Of a DNA stretch of 64,000 nt, positions 7,038 through 15,375 are shown one piece after another. This stretch comes from an uncultured Gemmatimonadales bacterium (lineage in GTDB: Bacteria; Gemmatimonadota; Gemmatimonadetes; Gemmatimonadales; Gemmatimonadaceae). The stretch is taken from NCBI GenBank assembly GCA_963707505.1, contig CAVPQB010000006.1, positions 576,001 through 640,000 on the forward strand. Reading direction: 5' to 3'. A program made the position numbers and the translations under genes. The notes beneath the pieces were generated by a model, which saw only the letters and a program-made list of their open reading frames with translations, ran no database searches and was not told where the DNA came from. How positions within the stretch are numbered: the stretch's first letter is position 1; the number at the start of each line of letters is the position of its first letter.

Positions 7038-9962
7038 TCATCGTCGTTCGCCCTTCCCGTCAGCTTCAACCGCTCCCGCTGCTCCCGCCCTCCTCGGATC
7101 GGCACCCGCGGTTACAGTCCTGTCACTGAACGTGATCGCAGCGGCGTAGCCCATCCGGAGCTCGCCCGGTAGCGAGATGAAGCGGAGATGGTGACCGAAT
7201 CGTTCTAGACCACGATCGACACTCGGCGCAAATCCATCCTCCAGCTCCACCACGAAGTCGCTGCGATTGCCAACGCGCTCGCGCGAAAGAAGGAAACGGG
7301 GAAGCTCGATGGCGCGTTGAACGTCAAGCTTCTGATCCAGCACTCCCTCGACGATGCTGTATACAGCGGACGTGATCCACGAGTTGCCTGCGGCGCCAGC
7401 CGCAAGCACCGGACGAAGCTTAGCGCCGGATCCCTTGAAGACGATCGTAGGCGCAAGCGTGCTGCCGTTGCGAGCATACGGTGCGCGACCTCCGAACGCG
7501 GCGCTGTCGCTGCCGTACGACGTGACCTTGTCGTTGTAGAGGAAGCCGAGTCCCGGTGACACGTAGAAGTTCCCGCCCCAGGTGCCGAGCGTCTGCGTCA
7601 CAGCAACGACATTGCCATCTGCATCACCGACCGTGAATGCGGTGGTGCCTGTGCGGTGACAGTCTCGCTCGCCATCTTCGGCGTCCGTGCCGCCACATTC
7701 CGCTGCAACCGTGCTACCCACATCCGCTCCACTTTGCTTACCGCCACTGTCGCTCGCTGCACTGCCTGAACTATCACTCGCAGCCGCACCAGTGCGTGCC
7801 TTTGCGCACTTCGGCGTGTCACCGCTCAGCTCGTTGCTCGTGAGCGCGCGCTGCGCATCGAAGCAATTCCATCGTGCACGCGCACTGTCCTTGCTCGTGA
7901 ACGCGCTGATGTTGACCGGCCAGAGGCCGGGATCTGCGATGCGGTTGCGCGCCGATGGAACGAGCTTCCACGCTTCGATCATCGCGTGCACGGTGGCCGC
8001 ATCTTCAGTATATGACGGGAGCCGCGGCAAACGCTCGAGCATGTTGAGTTGCGCAACGAGTGTCGCGCCGCCCGAAACTGGAGGCGCGCTCGAGTAAACA
8101 GTAAAGCCGCGGTAACTCCCCGCAACCGGCTCGCGCTCGGCTGCATAATAGCGCATGAGATCACTCATGCGCATCGCATTTCCGTGTCCGCGCAGATCGG
8201 CAACCATCCGCTGGCCGACGGCCCCGCGGTACACTGCATTGGCGCCGCTGTCGGCAATCTGCTTGAGTGACCATGCGAGATCGGGATTGCGGAGCGTATC
8301 GCCGGCGTGGAGTGGCTCGCCATTACGGAAGAAAAGCTTGCGGCTTCCCTCGTACTTGAGGAAGTGCTCTCGCTCCGTCGCGAGCGTGGTGGCAAGACCA
8401 TCGCTCACGACGTATCCGTTCGTAGCGGCACGAATCGCGGGCGCGACGAGATCGGCCCAGGTCACCTTGTGACTTCCGTATTCCTTCCACGCCTTGTGCA
8501 TCCCCGCGATCGTGCCCGGTACATTCGGGAGCACCGGGCCATCATCGGGATATCCGCCATCGGAGAGTATCGCGTGCTCGTTGGTGAGGACGTCCTGCGG
8601 CAGCCGCGTCATGAACTCGATGACGACCGGGCGCGGCATCGAGTCGAGCCGGATGAGCATCTCGCCGTATCCGCCGATCCCGCTCGCATCGGGCTCTACG
8701 ACGCCGAGTGCAAACGACACCGCTACGGCGGCGTCGACAACATTTCCACCCTTTCGCAGGATCTCGAGACCAGCCTCCGTGGCAACCGGATTGGCGCTCG
8801 AGACAGCAGCGTGTCCGGTGGCTGGTTCGCGCAGCGGCGGACGGCGCAACAACATCTCGTGCACGACCTTCGCGAGATCATCGTCGGACTTCGCCGCGAG
8901 CGCGTGCGGACGAAAAGTATCGCGGAGTGTCTCCCACTGCGCGTGACGCGATGCCGCATCCGGAGTCGAGTAATACAATCGTGCCGTGCGCTGCCACGCC
9001 GCATCGAATTGGGCAGCATTGCGATCGCGACGATCCACCGCGATCGTCAGCTTGGCGGAGTTTCCACTGTCGGGCGCGGGCGGTGCAGACACGTACCACA
9101 GCGCACCCGCGTCCTTCGGCACCGAGCCAGCCGCGCGATCACCCAGACGGTCGGGATCGCCGTTGTAGCCAGGCGGTGGTGGTGGGAGCTCGACGAGGGC
9201 GAGAGTGCTTCCGTTGGGCGACCACGATGGCGCAGCGCGTCGCGCGCTGACGAGATTCACGTAATCATTTTCCGGCGTGGTGACCCAGACACCGGCCGGC
9301 CCGCTCCTCGTGCCGAATGCGAGTCTGCGTCCGTCCGGTGACCATGCTGGATGCTCGACGTCGCGGTTGCTCACGACAGTGTAGGTGGAATCGCCATGCA
9401 GCAGGGAAATGCGAAGTGTTCGGCCTTTCTCCGTGATCGCCACGAACGCGAGCTGCTTGCCGTCCGGCGCGAACGCTGGCCAGCCCTCGGCGCCTGTCTT
9501 CGACTTGGTGAGGCGTCGCTCGTGTCCATCTGGCGAGCGAAGGTAGATTCGCGCTGTGGGGCCACTGCCGCGGACAAAGGCCAGCGTGCCGTCCGCCGCG
9601 AGTGCGGGGCTGCTCTCCCAGGTGTCGGAATCGGTCACGCGCTGCGGAGCACTCGCTGCCCCGTTTCCTGCGGCGCCGAGCCGCACCCTGTAGAGTCGGG
9701 AGCCGCCATCACGATTGGATGCGAATATCAGGGAGTTGCCGTCCGCGCTCCACGCGGGATCGCGATCCCATGCCGCTCCCGAAGTGATCTGGATCCAGCT
9801 CGTGGTGTCACGCGGAGAGCGCTGCACCCAGATGTCACCGTCGATAGCCAGTGCGAGCCGGCCGTCCGGCCCATACGCCGCGTCCTGTACGCCGCTGGTC
9901 GGCGAGCCGGTACTGACCACGGTCTGGAGGACGAGCAACATGGCTGCGAGCGGAAACATCAC
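7038..9962 (-). CDS. Exported PD40/TolB-like beta-propeller fused to a gamma-glutamyltransferase (Ntn-hydrolase) domain
   Basis: Signal peptide; PAWSADG/PAFAPDG/PAWSPDG repeats; GGNVVDAAVAVSFALGVVEPDASGIGG; GTTAFTVGDADGN; GADPRR. Confidence 0.85.
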   Translation of the reverse strand: MMFPLAAMLLVLQTVVSTGSPTSGVQDAAYGPDGRLALAIDGDIWVQRSPRDTTSWIQITSGAAWDRDPAWSADGNSLIFASNRDGGSRLYRVRLGAAGNGAASAPQRVTDSDTWESSPALAADGTLAFVRGSGPTARIYLRSPDGHERRLTKSKTGAEGWPAFAPDGKQLAFVAITEKGRTLRISLLHGDSTYTVVSNRDVEHPAWSPDGRRLAFGTRSGPAGVWVTTPENDYVNLVSARRAAPSWSPNGSTLALVELPPPPPGYNGDPDRLGDRAAGSVPKDAGALWYVSAPPAPDSGNSAKLTIAVDRRDRNAAQFDAAWQRTARLYYSTPDAASRHAQWETLRDTFRPHALAAKSDDDLAKVVHEMLLRRPPLREPATGHAAVSSANPVATEAGLEILRKGGNVVDAAVAVSFALGVVEPDASGIGGYGEMLIRLDSMPRPVVIEFMTRLPQDVLTNEHAILSDGGYPDDGPVLPNVPGTIAGMHKAWKEYGSHKVTWADLVAPAIRAATNGYVVSDGLATTLATEREHFLKYEGSRKLFFRNGEPLHAGDTLRNPDLAWSLKQIADSGANAVYRGAVGQRMVADLRGHGNAMRMSDLMRYYAAEREPVAGSYRGFTVYSSAPPVSGGATLVAQLNMLERLPRLPSYTEDAATVHAMIEAWKLVPSARNRIADPGLWPVNISAFTSKDSARARWNCFDAQRALTSNELSGDTPKCAKARTGAAASDSSGSAASDSGGKQSGADVGSTVAAECGGTDAEDGERDCHRTGTTAFTVGDADGNVVAVTQTLGTWGGNFYVSPGLGFLYNDKVTSYGSDSAAFGGRAPYARNGSTLAPTIVFKGSGAKLRPVLAAGAAGNSWITSAVYSIVEGVLDQKLDVQRAIELPRFLLSRERVGNRSDFVVELEDGFAPSVDRGLERFGHHLRFISLPGELRMGYAAAITFSDRTVTAGADPRRAGAAGAVEADGKGERR

Positions 9963-9985
9963 TGGGTGATCTCCTTGAGTGTTCG

Positions 9986-10081
9986 GGGGTCAGGTCTTGC
10001 GCCGTGCGCGGTCAAACGCGCGCGCGGTTTAGCGAAACACTGCAATGGCCGGGAGCGGCGCACGGCGCAAGACCTGACCCC
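9986..10081. mobile_element. 96-bp non-autonomous (MITE/REPIN-like) derivative of the RAYT element
   Basis: 24-bp arms at 9986-10009 and 10058-10081, one base different from the RAYT TIR; reverse complement of 10030-10081 matches 5999-6050 at 45/52 nt. Confidence 0.85.
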
Positions 10082-10089
10082 CCGAATGC

Positions 10090-10479
10090 TTATGGTATAT
10101 ACGCGATGCAGTCGATCTCTACTCGCAGTCCGTCGCCCGGCAGGGCCGCCGCCTGTACAGTTGTGCGAGCGGGGCGGTGATCGCCGAACACGCGACCATA
10201 CACAGCGTTCATCCGGCTGAATTCATTCATGTCGATGAGAAACACGCCGCAGCGCAGCACATGCTGCAAGCTTGATCCCGCCGCCTCGAGTATGGTCTGC
10301 AGGTTCCTGAGGCACTGCTCCGTCTGACTCTCGACATCTGCGCCCGCCATGTGATTCGTTGCCGGATCGAGCGCGCCCTGTCCCGAGACGAACACCAGTC
10401 GCTCGAATCCCATCGCGGGGGAGTAGGGGCCAAGCGGCTTGGGTGAGCCGCTGGGTGTGATGGGAAAGTGGTCAGTCAC
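10090..10479 (-). CDS. RidA/YjgF/UK114 family protein
   Basis: PLGPYSPA, FVSGQ, MNAVYG, PARTTVQ, VEIDCIA. Confidence 0.92.
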   Translation of the reverse strand: MTDHFPITPSGSPKPLGPYSPAMGFERLVFVSGQGALDPATNHMAGADVESQTEQCLRNLQTILEAAGSSLQHVLRCGVFLIDMNEFSRMNAVYGRVFGDHRPARTTVQAAALPGDGLRVEIDCIAYIP

Positions 10480-10746
10480 GATGCGTGGGTTGTGAGTGAA
10501 GTTGGTACTTGAGCCTACTGCGTTGGCTTGCGCGCCGGTAGTCGTAATGTTGCTGATGTGAATTACGCGTTCACTGATGCAGATGCAGTACGATCCCCGC
10601 CACGCCGGGCGGTTGCGGAAACGGCTACGGGTCCGGAAGCTCGCGGCCGCGCAGGGCCGCGGAAAGTTCTTCTTGCGGTTGCGCGGAACCCCCGTATCTT
10701 CTGCTCACAGTAAGGACGTTCGCACCTGCGCAATCTGTCGCTCTCC

Positions 10747-12234
10747 ATGCACAACGAGGCATCGTTGGGTCCTTCTGCTGGGCGTCTCGCGAACTTCTGC
10801 TCCGTTGCTCAGAGTCTGATCGCGGCATCGCTTGCGATGCCCATAGTACCAGTGGCCGCGCTGCATGCGCAAGCCGTGGTGGTTCAACAGGTTGGCTCTC
10901 TACCGACGCCAGACACGCTGAAGAACCCGCCGGTGTTGCGCAACATCTCCTCCAAGGCGCACACGGTCGAGGTAAACATCGTTGCAGCGCCCGCCCGAAT
11001 CTCTGTCCTGCCGGGCCGTCTGACCGATGTGTATGCGTATAATGGATCCATTCCTGGTCCAACGCTGGAAGCGCGCGAAGGCGACCGAGTCATCATCCAC
11101 TTTCGCAACGATCTTCCGGAAGCGACGACCGTACACTGGCACGGTGTGCATCTGCCTGCGAACATGGATGGCAGTCCGTTCGATCCCGTGCCGCCGGGTG
11201 GACACTACGATTACATCTTCAACATCCCGCGGGGGACCGCCGGAACGTACTGGTATCACCCACATCCCGATGGGCGAAGTGAGTACCAGGCTGCAATGGG
11301 ATTGTTCGGCGCATTCATAGTGCGCGCAGCTGATGATCCAATAGCTACGCTTCCGGAAAAGTTGCTCATACTGTCGGATAACCGCTTCCGACCCGACGGA
11401 TCGATCGAGTTCGCCGATTCGAACTCCACCCAGGCAGACGTTGACATGGAGAACGGGCGCGAAGGAAACGTGCTGTTCGTCAACGGCCAGATCCGGCCTT
11501 CCATTGTGATCCGAAACGGTGAGGTGCAACGATGGCGCGTGGTCAATGCATCGGCTGCGCGCGTGTACCAGCTCGCCATCCCTGGTCAGGTGCTGCTTCA
11601 CGTCGGGAGTGATGACGGTCTGTTCGAACATGCGGTGGAGAGGAAGGAGATCGTGGTTGCAAACTCCGAGCGAGTGGAGCTGCTCGTTCGTGGAACGGGG
11701 AAACCCGGGAGCAACGCGGAGCTCATGGATCTGCCCTATGATCGCTACATGCCGCAGACCAGGCCGACGGACTGGAATACGTCGCGTGTCGTGCTCGACC
11801 TGCACTACAGCGATGGCGTTGTGCCGGTTCGTGTCACACTGCCTAAAACGTTTCGAATCGTTCCAGCACTCGATACGGCCACAGCTACCGTTACGCGTAC
11901 TGTTGTGCTGAGCCAGGGGATGATCAACGGACACACGATGGACATGTCACGCGTTGACATGCAGGCATCGGTTGGCGCTACTGAGATATGGGATGTAGAG
12001 AACGTCGTTGGTATGGATCATCCATTTCACCTTCACGGATTTCAGTTTCAGGTGATCGACCGGAACGGTGTGCCGGAGCCGTTCCGCAGCTGGAAGGACG
12101 TCGTCAACATCCCCAAACACGAAGCCGTGCGATTCATTGTCCGCTACGCCGACTTTCCTGGGAAGTGGATGTTTCACTGTCACATCCTCGCGCACGAGGA
12201 TCACGGCATGATGGCGGTTCTGCAAGTGCGATAA
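10747..12234 (+). CDS. Multicopper oxidase (three cupredoxin domains)
   Basis: HWHG, WYHPH, HPFHLHG and HCHILAHEDHGMM copper motifs. Confidence 0.95.
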   Translation: MHNEASLGPSAGRLANFCSVAQSLIAASLAMPIVPVAALHAQAVVVQQVGSLPTPDTLKNPPVLRNISSKAHTVEVNIVAAPARISVLPGRLTDVYAYNGSIPGPTLEAREGDRVIIHFRNDLPEATTVHWHGVHLPANMDGSPFDPVPPGGHYDYIFNIPRGTAGTYWYHPHPDGRSEYQAAMGLFGAFIVRAADDPIATLPEKLLILSDNRFRPDGSIEFADSNSTQADVDMENGREGNVLFVNGQIRPSIVIRNGEVQRWRVVNASAARVYQLAIPGQVLLHVGSDDGLFEHAVERKEIVVANSERVELLVRGTGKPGSNAELMDLPYDRYMPQTRPTDWNTSRVVLDLHYSDGVVPVRVTLPKTFRIVPALDTATATVTRTVVLSQGMINGHTMDMSRVDMQASVGATEIWDVENVVGMDHPFHLHGFQFQVIDRNGVPEPFRSWKDVVNIPKHEAVRFIVRYADFPGKWMFHCHILAHEDHGMMAVLQVR

Positions 12235-12253
12235 CCCCTACAAGGAGGTCAAA

Positions 12254-12946
12254 GTGACGCGAACCTTCCTTACGCGACTGCTTGCTTTCAGTTCATTAAT
12301 ATCTGCCGTCGCAATAGTGGGATGGGTGCACCAGAGCCCGGACGGAGTCGGTCGCGTCGCCTTGAAGTCGAGCCACCTCACGCCCTCTCCCGACGACGAG
12401 ATTCAACTGGGAAGATCTCTCGTATTGAATCACGACTGCTCGGGGTGTCACGGCGGTGTCAGCCCGGCTTCAAAGGAGTGGCTCGCCGGCATGACGCGTC
12501 CCGACCAGGAATTTCTGATCGGGCCCTGCGCGCTCAAGCTGGACGCGAAGCCGTGCTGGCGCACGCGTCCGCGCAATCTCACACCGGACAACGCAACAGG
12601 CCTCGGGCGGTTCACCGAACGGCAGATATTCAACGCCTTGCGTTATGGCCTTCGTCCTGAAGACACGCCTGACATCGACATCACATCGGGTACTCCAGGC
12701 GTCGGCAACTTTCCTCAGCATCCGCACTATCTCGCTCCACCGATGCCATGGCCAGGGTGGCGCTACATGTCCGACAGGGAGCTGCAGGCGATCGCCGCAT
12801 ATCTCAAGCGCGCAGTCAAGCCGGTCAGCAACAAGGTTCCGGAGAGCGAAGGACCGCCCGACTTCTGGGCGAGCGTTTACACCGTCGATCTGATCGGTCC
12901 CTATCCGCCGCCGCCATTCCCCGCTGCCAACGAACGAGTTCCGTGA
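12254..12946 (+). CDS. Monoheme c-type cytochrome
   Basis: N-terminal TM/signal, CSGCH, NLTPD..TGLG, PPMPW, IAAYL. Confidence 0.85.
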   Translation: MTRTFLTRLLAFSSLISAVAIVGWVHQSPDGVGRVALKSSHLTPSPDDEIQLGRSLVLNHDCSGCHGGVSPASKEWLAGMTRPDQEFLIGPCALKLDAKPCWRTRPRNLTPDNATGLGRFTERQIFNALRYGLRPEDTPDIDITSGTPGVGNFPQHPHYLAPPMPWPGWRYMSDRELQAIAAYLKRAVKPVSNKVPESEGPPDFWASVYTVDLIGPYPPPPFPAANERVP

Positions 12947-12954
12947 TCGAGAGG

Positions 12955-13006
12955 GAAACACTGGGCGGCATCCGCGGCTCCAGCCGCAGATGCCGCCCAG
13001 TGTTTC
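12955..13006. terminator. Long hairpin between convergent genes (bidirectional terminator candidate)
   Basis: gaaacactgggcggcatc / gatgccgcccagtgtttc (18 bp perfect) plus inner gcggct/agccgc. Confidence 0.7.
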
Positions 13007-13007
13007 G

Positions 13008-13547
13008 TTATTGCGCTGGTTGGCTCGACGGCGGGACGAGTCCGAGCATGCGCATGTAGGTAACCATGTTTCCGTAATGCTCGTTGTCGTGCGTCGCGTT
13101 TATCAGGAGCACACCGCCCTGCGTGAAATGTTGTCCGAACATTTCCACGGCTCCGCCAAGATTCGAGGACGGCACCGCATACGCGCGCGCGCAGTACGTA
13201 TTTGACTCATCCAGTGCTTTCACAAGCTCTGCCTTGGACATGGTCCGCTTCTCGAAGTCATCTTCGGCTGGCACCTTTTCACCGAGCGCCGCGGCGCAGA
13301 ACATCATCTGAGAGCCTGCGACGTGCGCGACGAGCTGACCGAAGCTTCGAACGGTCGCGACCGGCTTGTACGCGTAGGAGGCCTCCGGTACCGCGGACGC
13401 CGAGCGAGCGAGGTACTTGCTGACGGTGGCCCACTGGTCACGCACTTCAGAATCCGGGGAGCGTGGCGACGAGCCAGGGGCAGGGGCCTGAGCGAGCAGG
13501 GGAGGCGCAACAAGGAACGCCAACACGATCGCAGGGCGAATGAACAT
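13008..13547 (-). CDS. Exported DinB family protein
   Basis: Signal peptide; YKPVATVRSFGQLVAHVA; HDNEHYGNMVTYMRMLGLVPPSS. Confidence 0.88.
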   Translation of the reverse strand: MFIRPAIVLAFLVAPPLLAQAPAPGSSPRSPDSEVRDQWATVSKYLARSASAVPEASYAYKPVATVRSFGQLVAHVAGSQMMFCAAALGEKVPAEDDFEKRTMSKAELVKALDESNTYCARAYAVPSSNLGGAVEMFGQHFTQGGVLLINATHDNEHYGNMVTYMRMLGLVPPSSQPAQ

Positions 13548-13661
13548 GGCGAAGCTCCTAAGCGAGAGGGGGTCGACGATACTCGAATGTCGCGCCCGTT
13601 GGGATTGGGCGCAAGGAGCAAGATGGCATGTCCCGCTCCCTGTGTCTCTCACTGAATAATC

Positions 13662-13696
13662 TCGTGCGACGGGACCAGATTGGTCCCGTCGCACGA
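13662..13696. terminator. Perfect 16-bp hairpin downstream of the PepSY gene
   Basis: tcgtgcgacgggacca-gat-tggtcccgtcgcacga. Confidence 0.6.
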
Positions 13697-13709
13697 CGCG
13701 CAATCCTCC

Positions 13710-14075
13710 CTACGGCTTCTTCTTCTCGCTCTTCGCCTCATTCTGCTCGGCCTTCGGCGTCTCGTGGCCAACTTCCACTATCGCGCCGGTCCTGGCGTTG
13801 ACGTTCACTTCGTCGATGCCAGTCTTGCCCGCCGTCTTCATGTCGAACGAGTAGATCAGGCGTCCCTTTTCCTGTTCCAACTCCTGCGACTGAATCGACG
13901 CTTTCGGCAGGCGCTTCATCGCGATGGCGCGCGCAGAGTCGAGCGAGATCTTGGCCTGCTTCGCCAGTGCGGGTGGTACGTCGGTCTTCGGTGCCGTCCC
14001 CTGCGCGAATAGTGGGGCGGCAATCAGAGTAGCGGCGGCTGCCGCGATTGGTGCAAACTTCATGGTCATCTCCAT
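13710..14075 (-). CDS. PepSY domain exported protein
   Basis: AKISLDSARAIA, ELEQEKGRLIYSFD, EVNVNARTGAIV. Confidence 0.88.
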   Translation of the reverse strand: MEMTMKFAPIAAAAATLIAAPLFAQGTAPKTDVPPALAKQAKISLDSARAIAMKRLPKASIQSQELEQEKGRLIYSFDMKTAGKTGIDEVNVNARTGAIVEVGHETPKAEQNEAKSEKKKP

Positions 14076-14196
14076 ATGATGGTTGAGCGCGGCGCGCGCT
14101 TCACGCCGATCGATTAACGATATGGATGCAACCTGTCGGGGTAGTTACAGCAGGAGCCCGATCGTCGAATGCTCGACCGGGCTCCCACTGGGATTC

Positions 14197-15225
14197 CTAC
14201 CGGCTCATCTCGATCAGTACGAACGATCCCGGCAATACGGGCGGACGCCGGCGCGGTGCGCCAGCTGCCTGTGCCGGTGCAGGACCGAACTCTGCGGACA
14301 CTGTGTACAGCTTGTGAGTCTTGGGATCGACCGTCATCGTGCGCGCCGCTGGCATCGTCTTGATAGTCTGCAATACGGCAAACGTGCCAGGCTTCGTCTC
14401 ATGCGCCACTGTGATCGTGCCATCACCGTTGGAGCTGAAAGCGAGACCGGTACCCGGATCGAACTTGTTTGCATCCACGCCAGATCCGATCGGAACTGTA
14501 CCAACGACTGCGCCGCGCTTGATGTCGGAGATCGCCATCACCTTGCTATGGCATCCGCTGAACAACCGCAAATGCGTGCGATCGATCGCCAATCCACTCG
14601 GTGACTCGCACGGCGCCAGCGGCCAGCGACGTACCACCTTCATGGTGCGCGTGTCGATCTCGACAACCTGACTCTTGTCCTCGATGTTGGCGTACACCTT
14701 GCCGTTGCCGGCACTGACGCCGAACTCCGGCTTGCCGCCCAGTGGAATGTTGGCGATGAGCTTGCCACTCACCGGGTCGATCACCGACGACGAGCCAGCA
14801 TCACCATTCATCGTGAAGATCCTGTTCGATGCATCATCGTACAGAATTGCATCATCGTCCACGGCAGCAACCGTCTTGCCGAGCACGCGAAGCGTCTTGA
14901 GATCGAACATGTACACGGTGCTGTCTTCGCCTGACGTTACGAATCCATGTCCTGCACGGTATGCGAAGGCGACACCGTGCGCACGGTTGAGTCCCTTGAT
15001 CTCGCCGATGAGCTTTCCGTTGGACGGATCTACCACCATTACGCGATTTTCGCGTGCGATGAAGATGCGGTTCCCGACAGTGTCGAAGGCGAGGTAGTCC
15101 CAGCTTCCATCGCCACCGAGCTTGAAGTGGTTGGTGATATGGTACTGGCCGTTCTGCGCGGCAAGCGCGAGCGGAGCCGCAAGCGTCGCGACCAAGGCGA
15201 GCTTACCCATGGTACGTAATTTCAT
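14197..15225 (-). CDS. YncE/YVTN-type beta-propeller exported protein
   Basis: Signal peptide; GDGSWDYL, HGVAF, LGGKPEF, PCESPSGLAID, ARTMTVD. Confidence 0.85.
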   Translation of the reverse strand: MKLRTMGKLALVATLAAPLALAAQNGQYHITNHFKLGGDGSWDYLAFDTVGNRIFIARENRVMVVDPSNGKLIGEIKGLNRAHGVAFAYRAGHGFVTSGEDSTVYMFDLKTLRVLGKTVAAVDDDAILYDDASNRIFTMNGDAGSSSVIDPVSGKLIANIPLGGKPEFGVSAGNGKVYANIEDKSQVVEIDTRTMKVVRRWPLAPCESPSGLAIDRTHLRLFSGCHSKVMAISDIKRGAVVGTVPIGSGVDANKFDPGTGLAFSSNGDGTITVAHETKPGTFAVLQTIKTMPAARTMTVDPKTHKLYTVSAEFGPAPAQAAGAPRRRPPVLPGSFVLIEMSR

Positions 15226-15339
15226 TTACGATTCTCGAATAGGCGCGGCAGCGTGGCTGCCATCAGGTGGAAGCCATGCTCCCGCATGTGGGCTGCATTT
15301 GGGGTGAAATCTTACAGTACCAACCTGTCAGCGGGCTTA

Positions 15340-15375
15340 CGTGAGCCTCATCGTGAGCCTCATCGTGAGCCTCAT
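15340..15375. repeat. 12-nt tandem repeat x3 (cgtgagcctcat) overlapping the dcp stop codon
   Basis: Three exact copies read directly. Confidence 0.9.

Noticed and set aside
6108..7040. IS200/IS605 element with TnpB or an RNA-guided nuclease
   Set aside because: No TnpB/IscB ORF nearby; the motifs are RAYT-type
8307..9341. 344-aa plus-strand ORF
   Set aside because: Antisense to the PD40-GGT gene; Arg-rich shadow
10480..10746. GC-rich intergenic region as a possible riboswitch or ncRNA
   Set aside because: No recognisable conserved RNA motif by eye; an Rfam scan would be needed
15340..15375. Possible CRISPR-like repeat
   Set aside because: Contiguous 12-nt tandem repeat with no spacers and no cas genes
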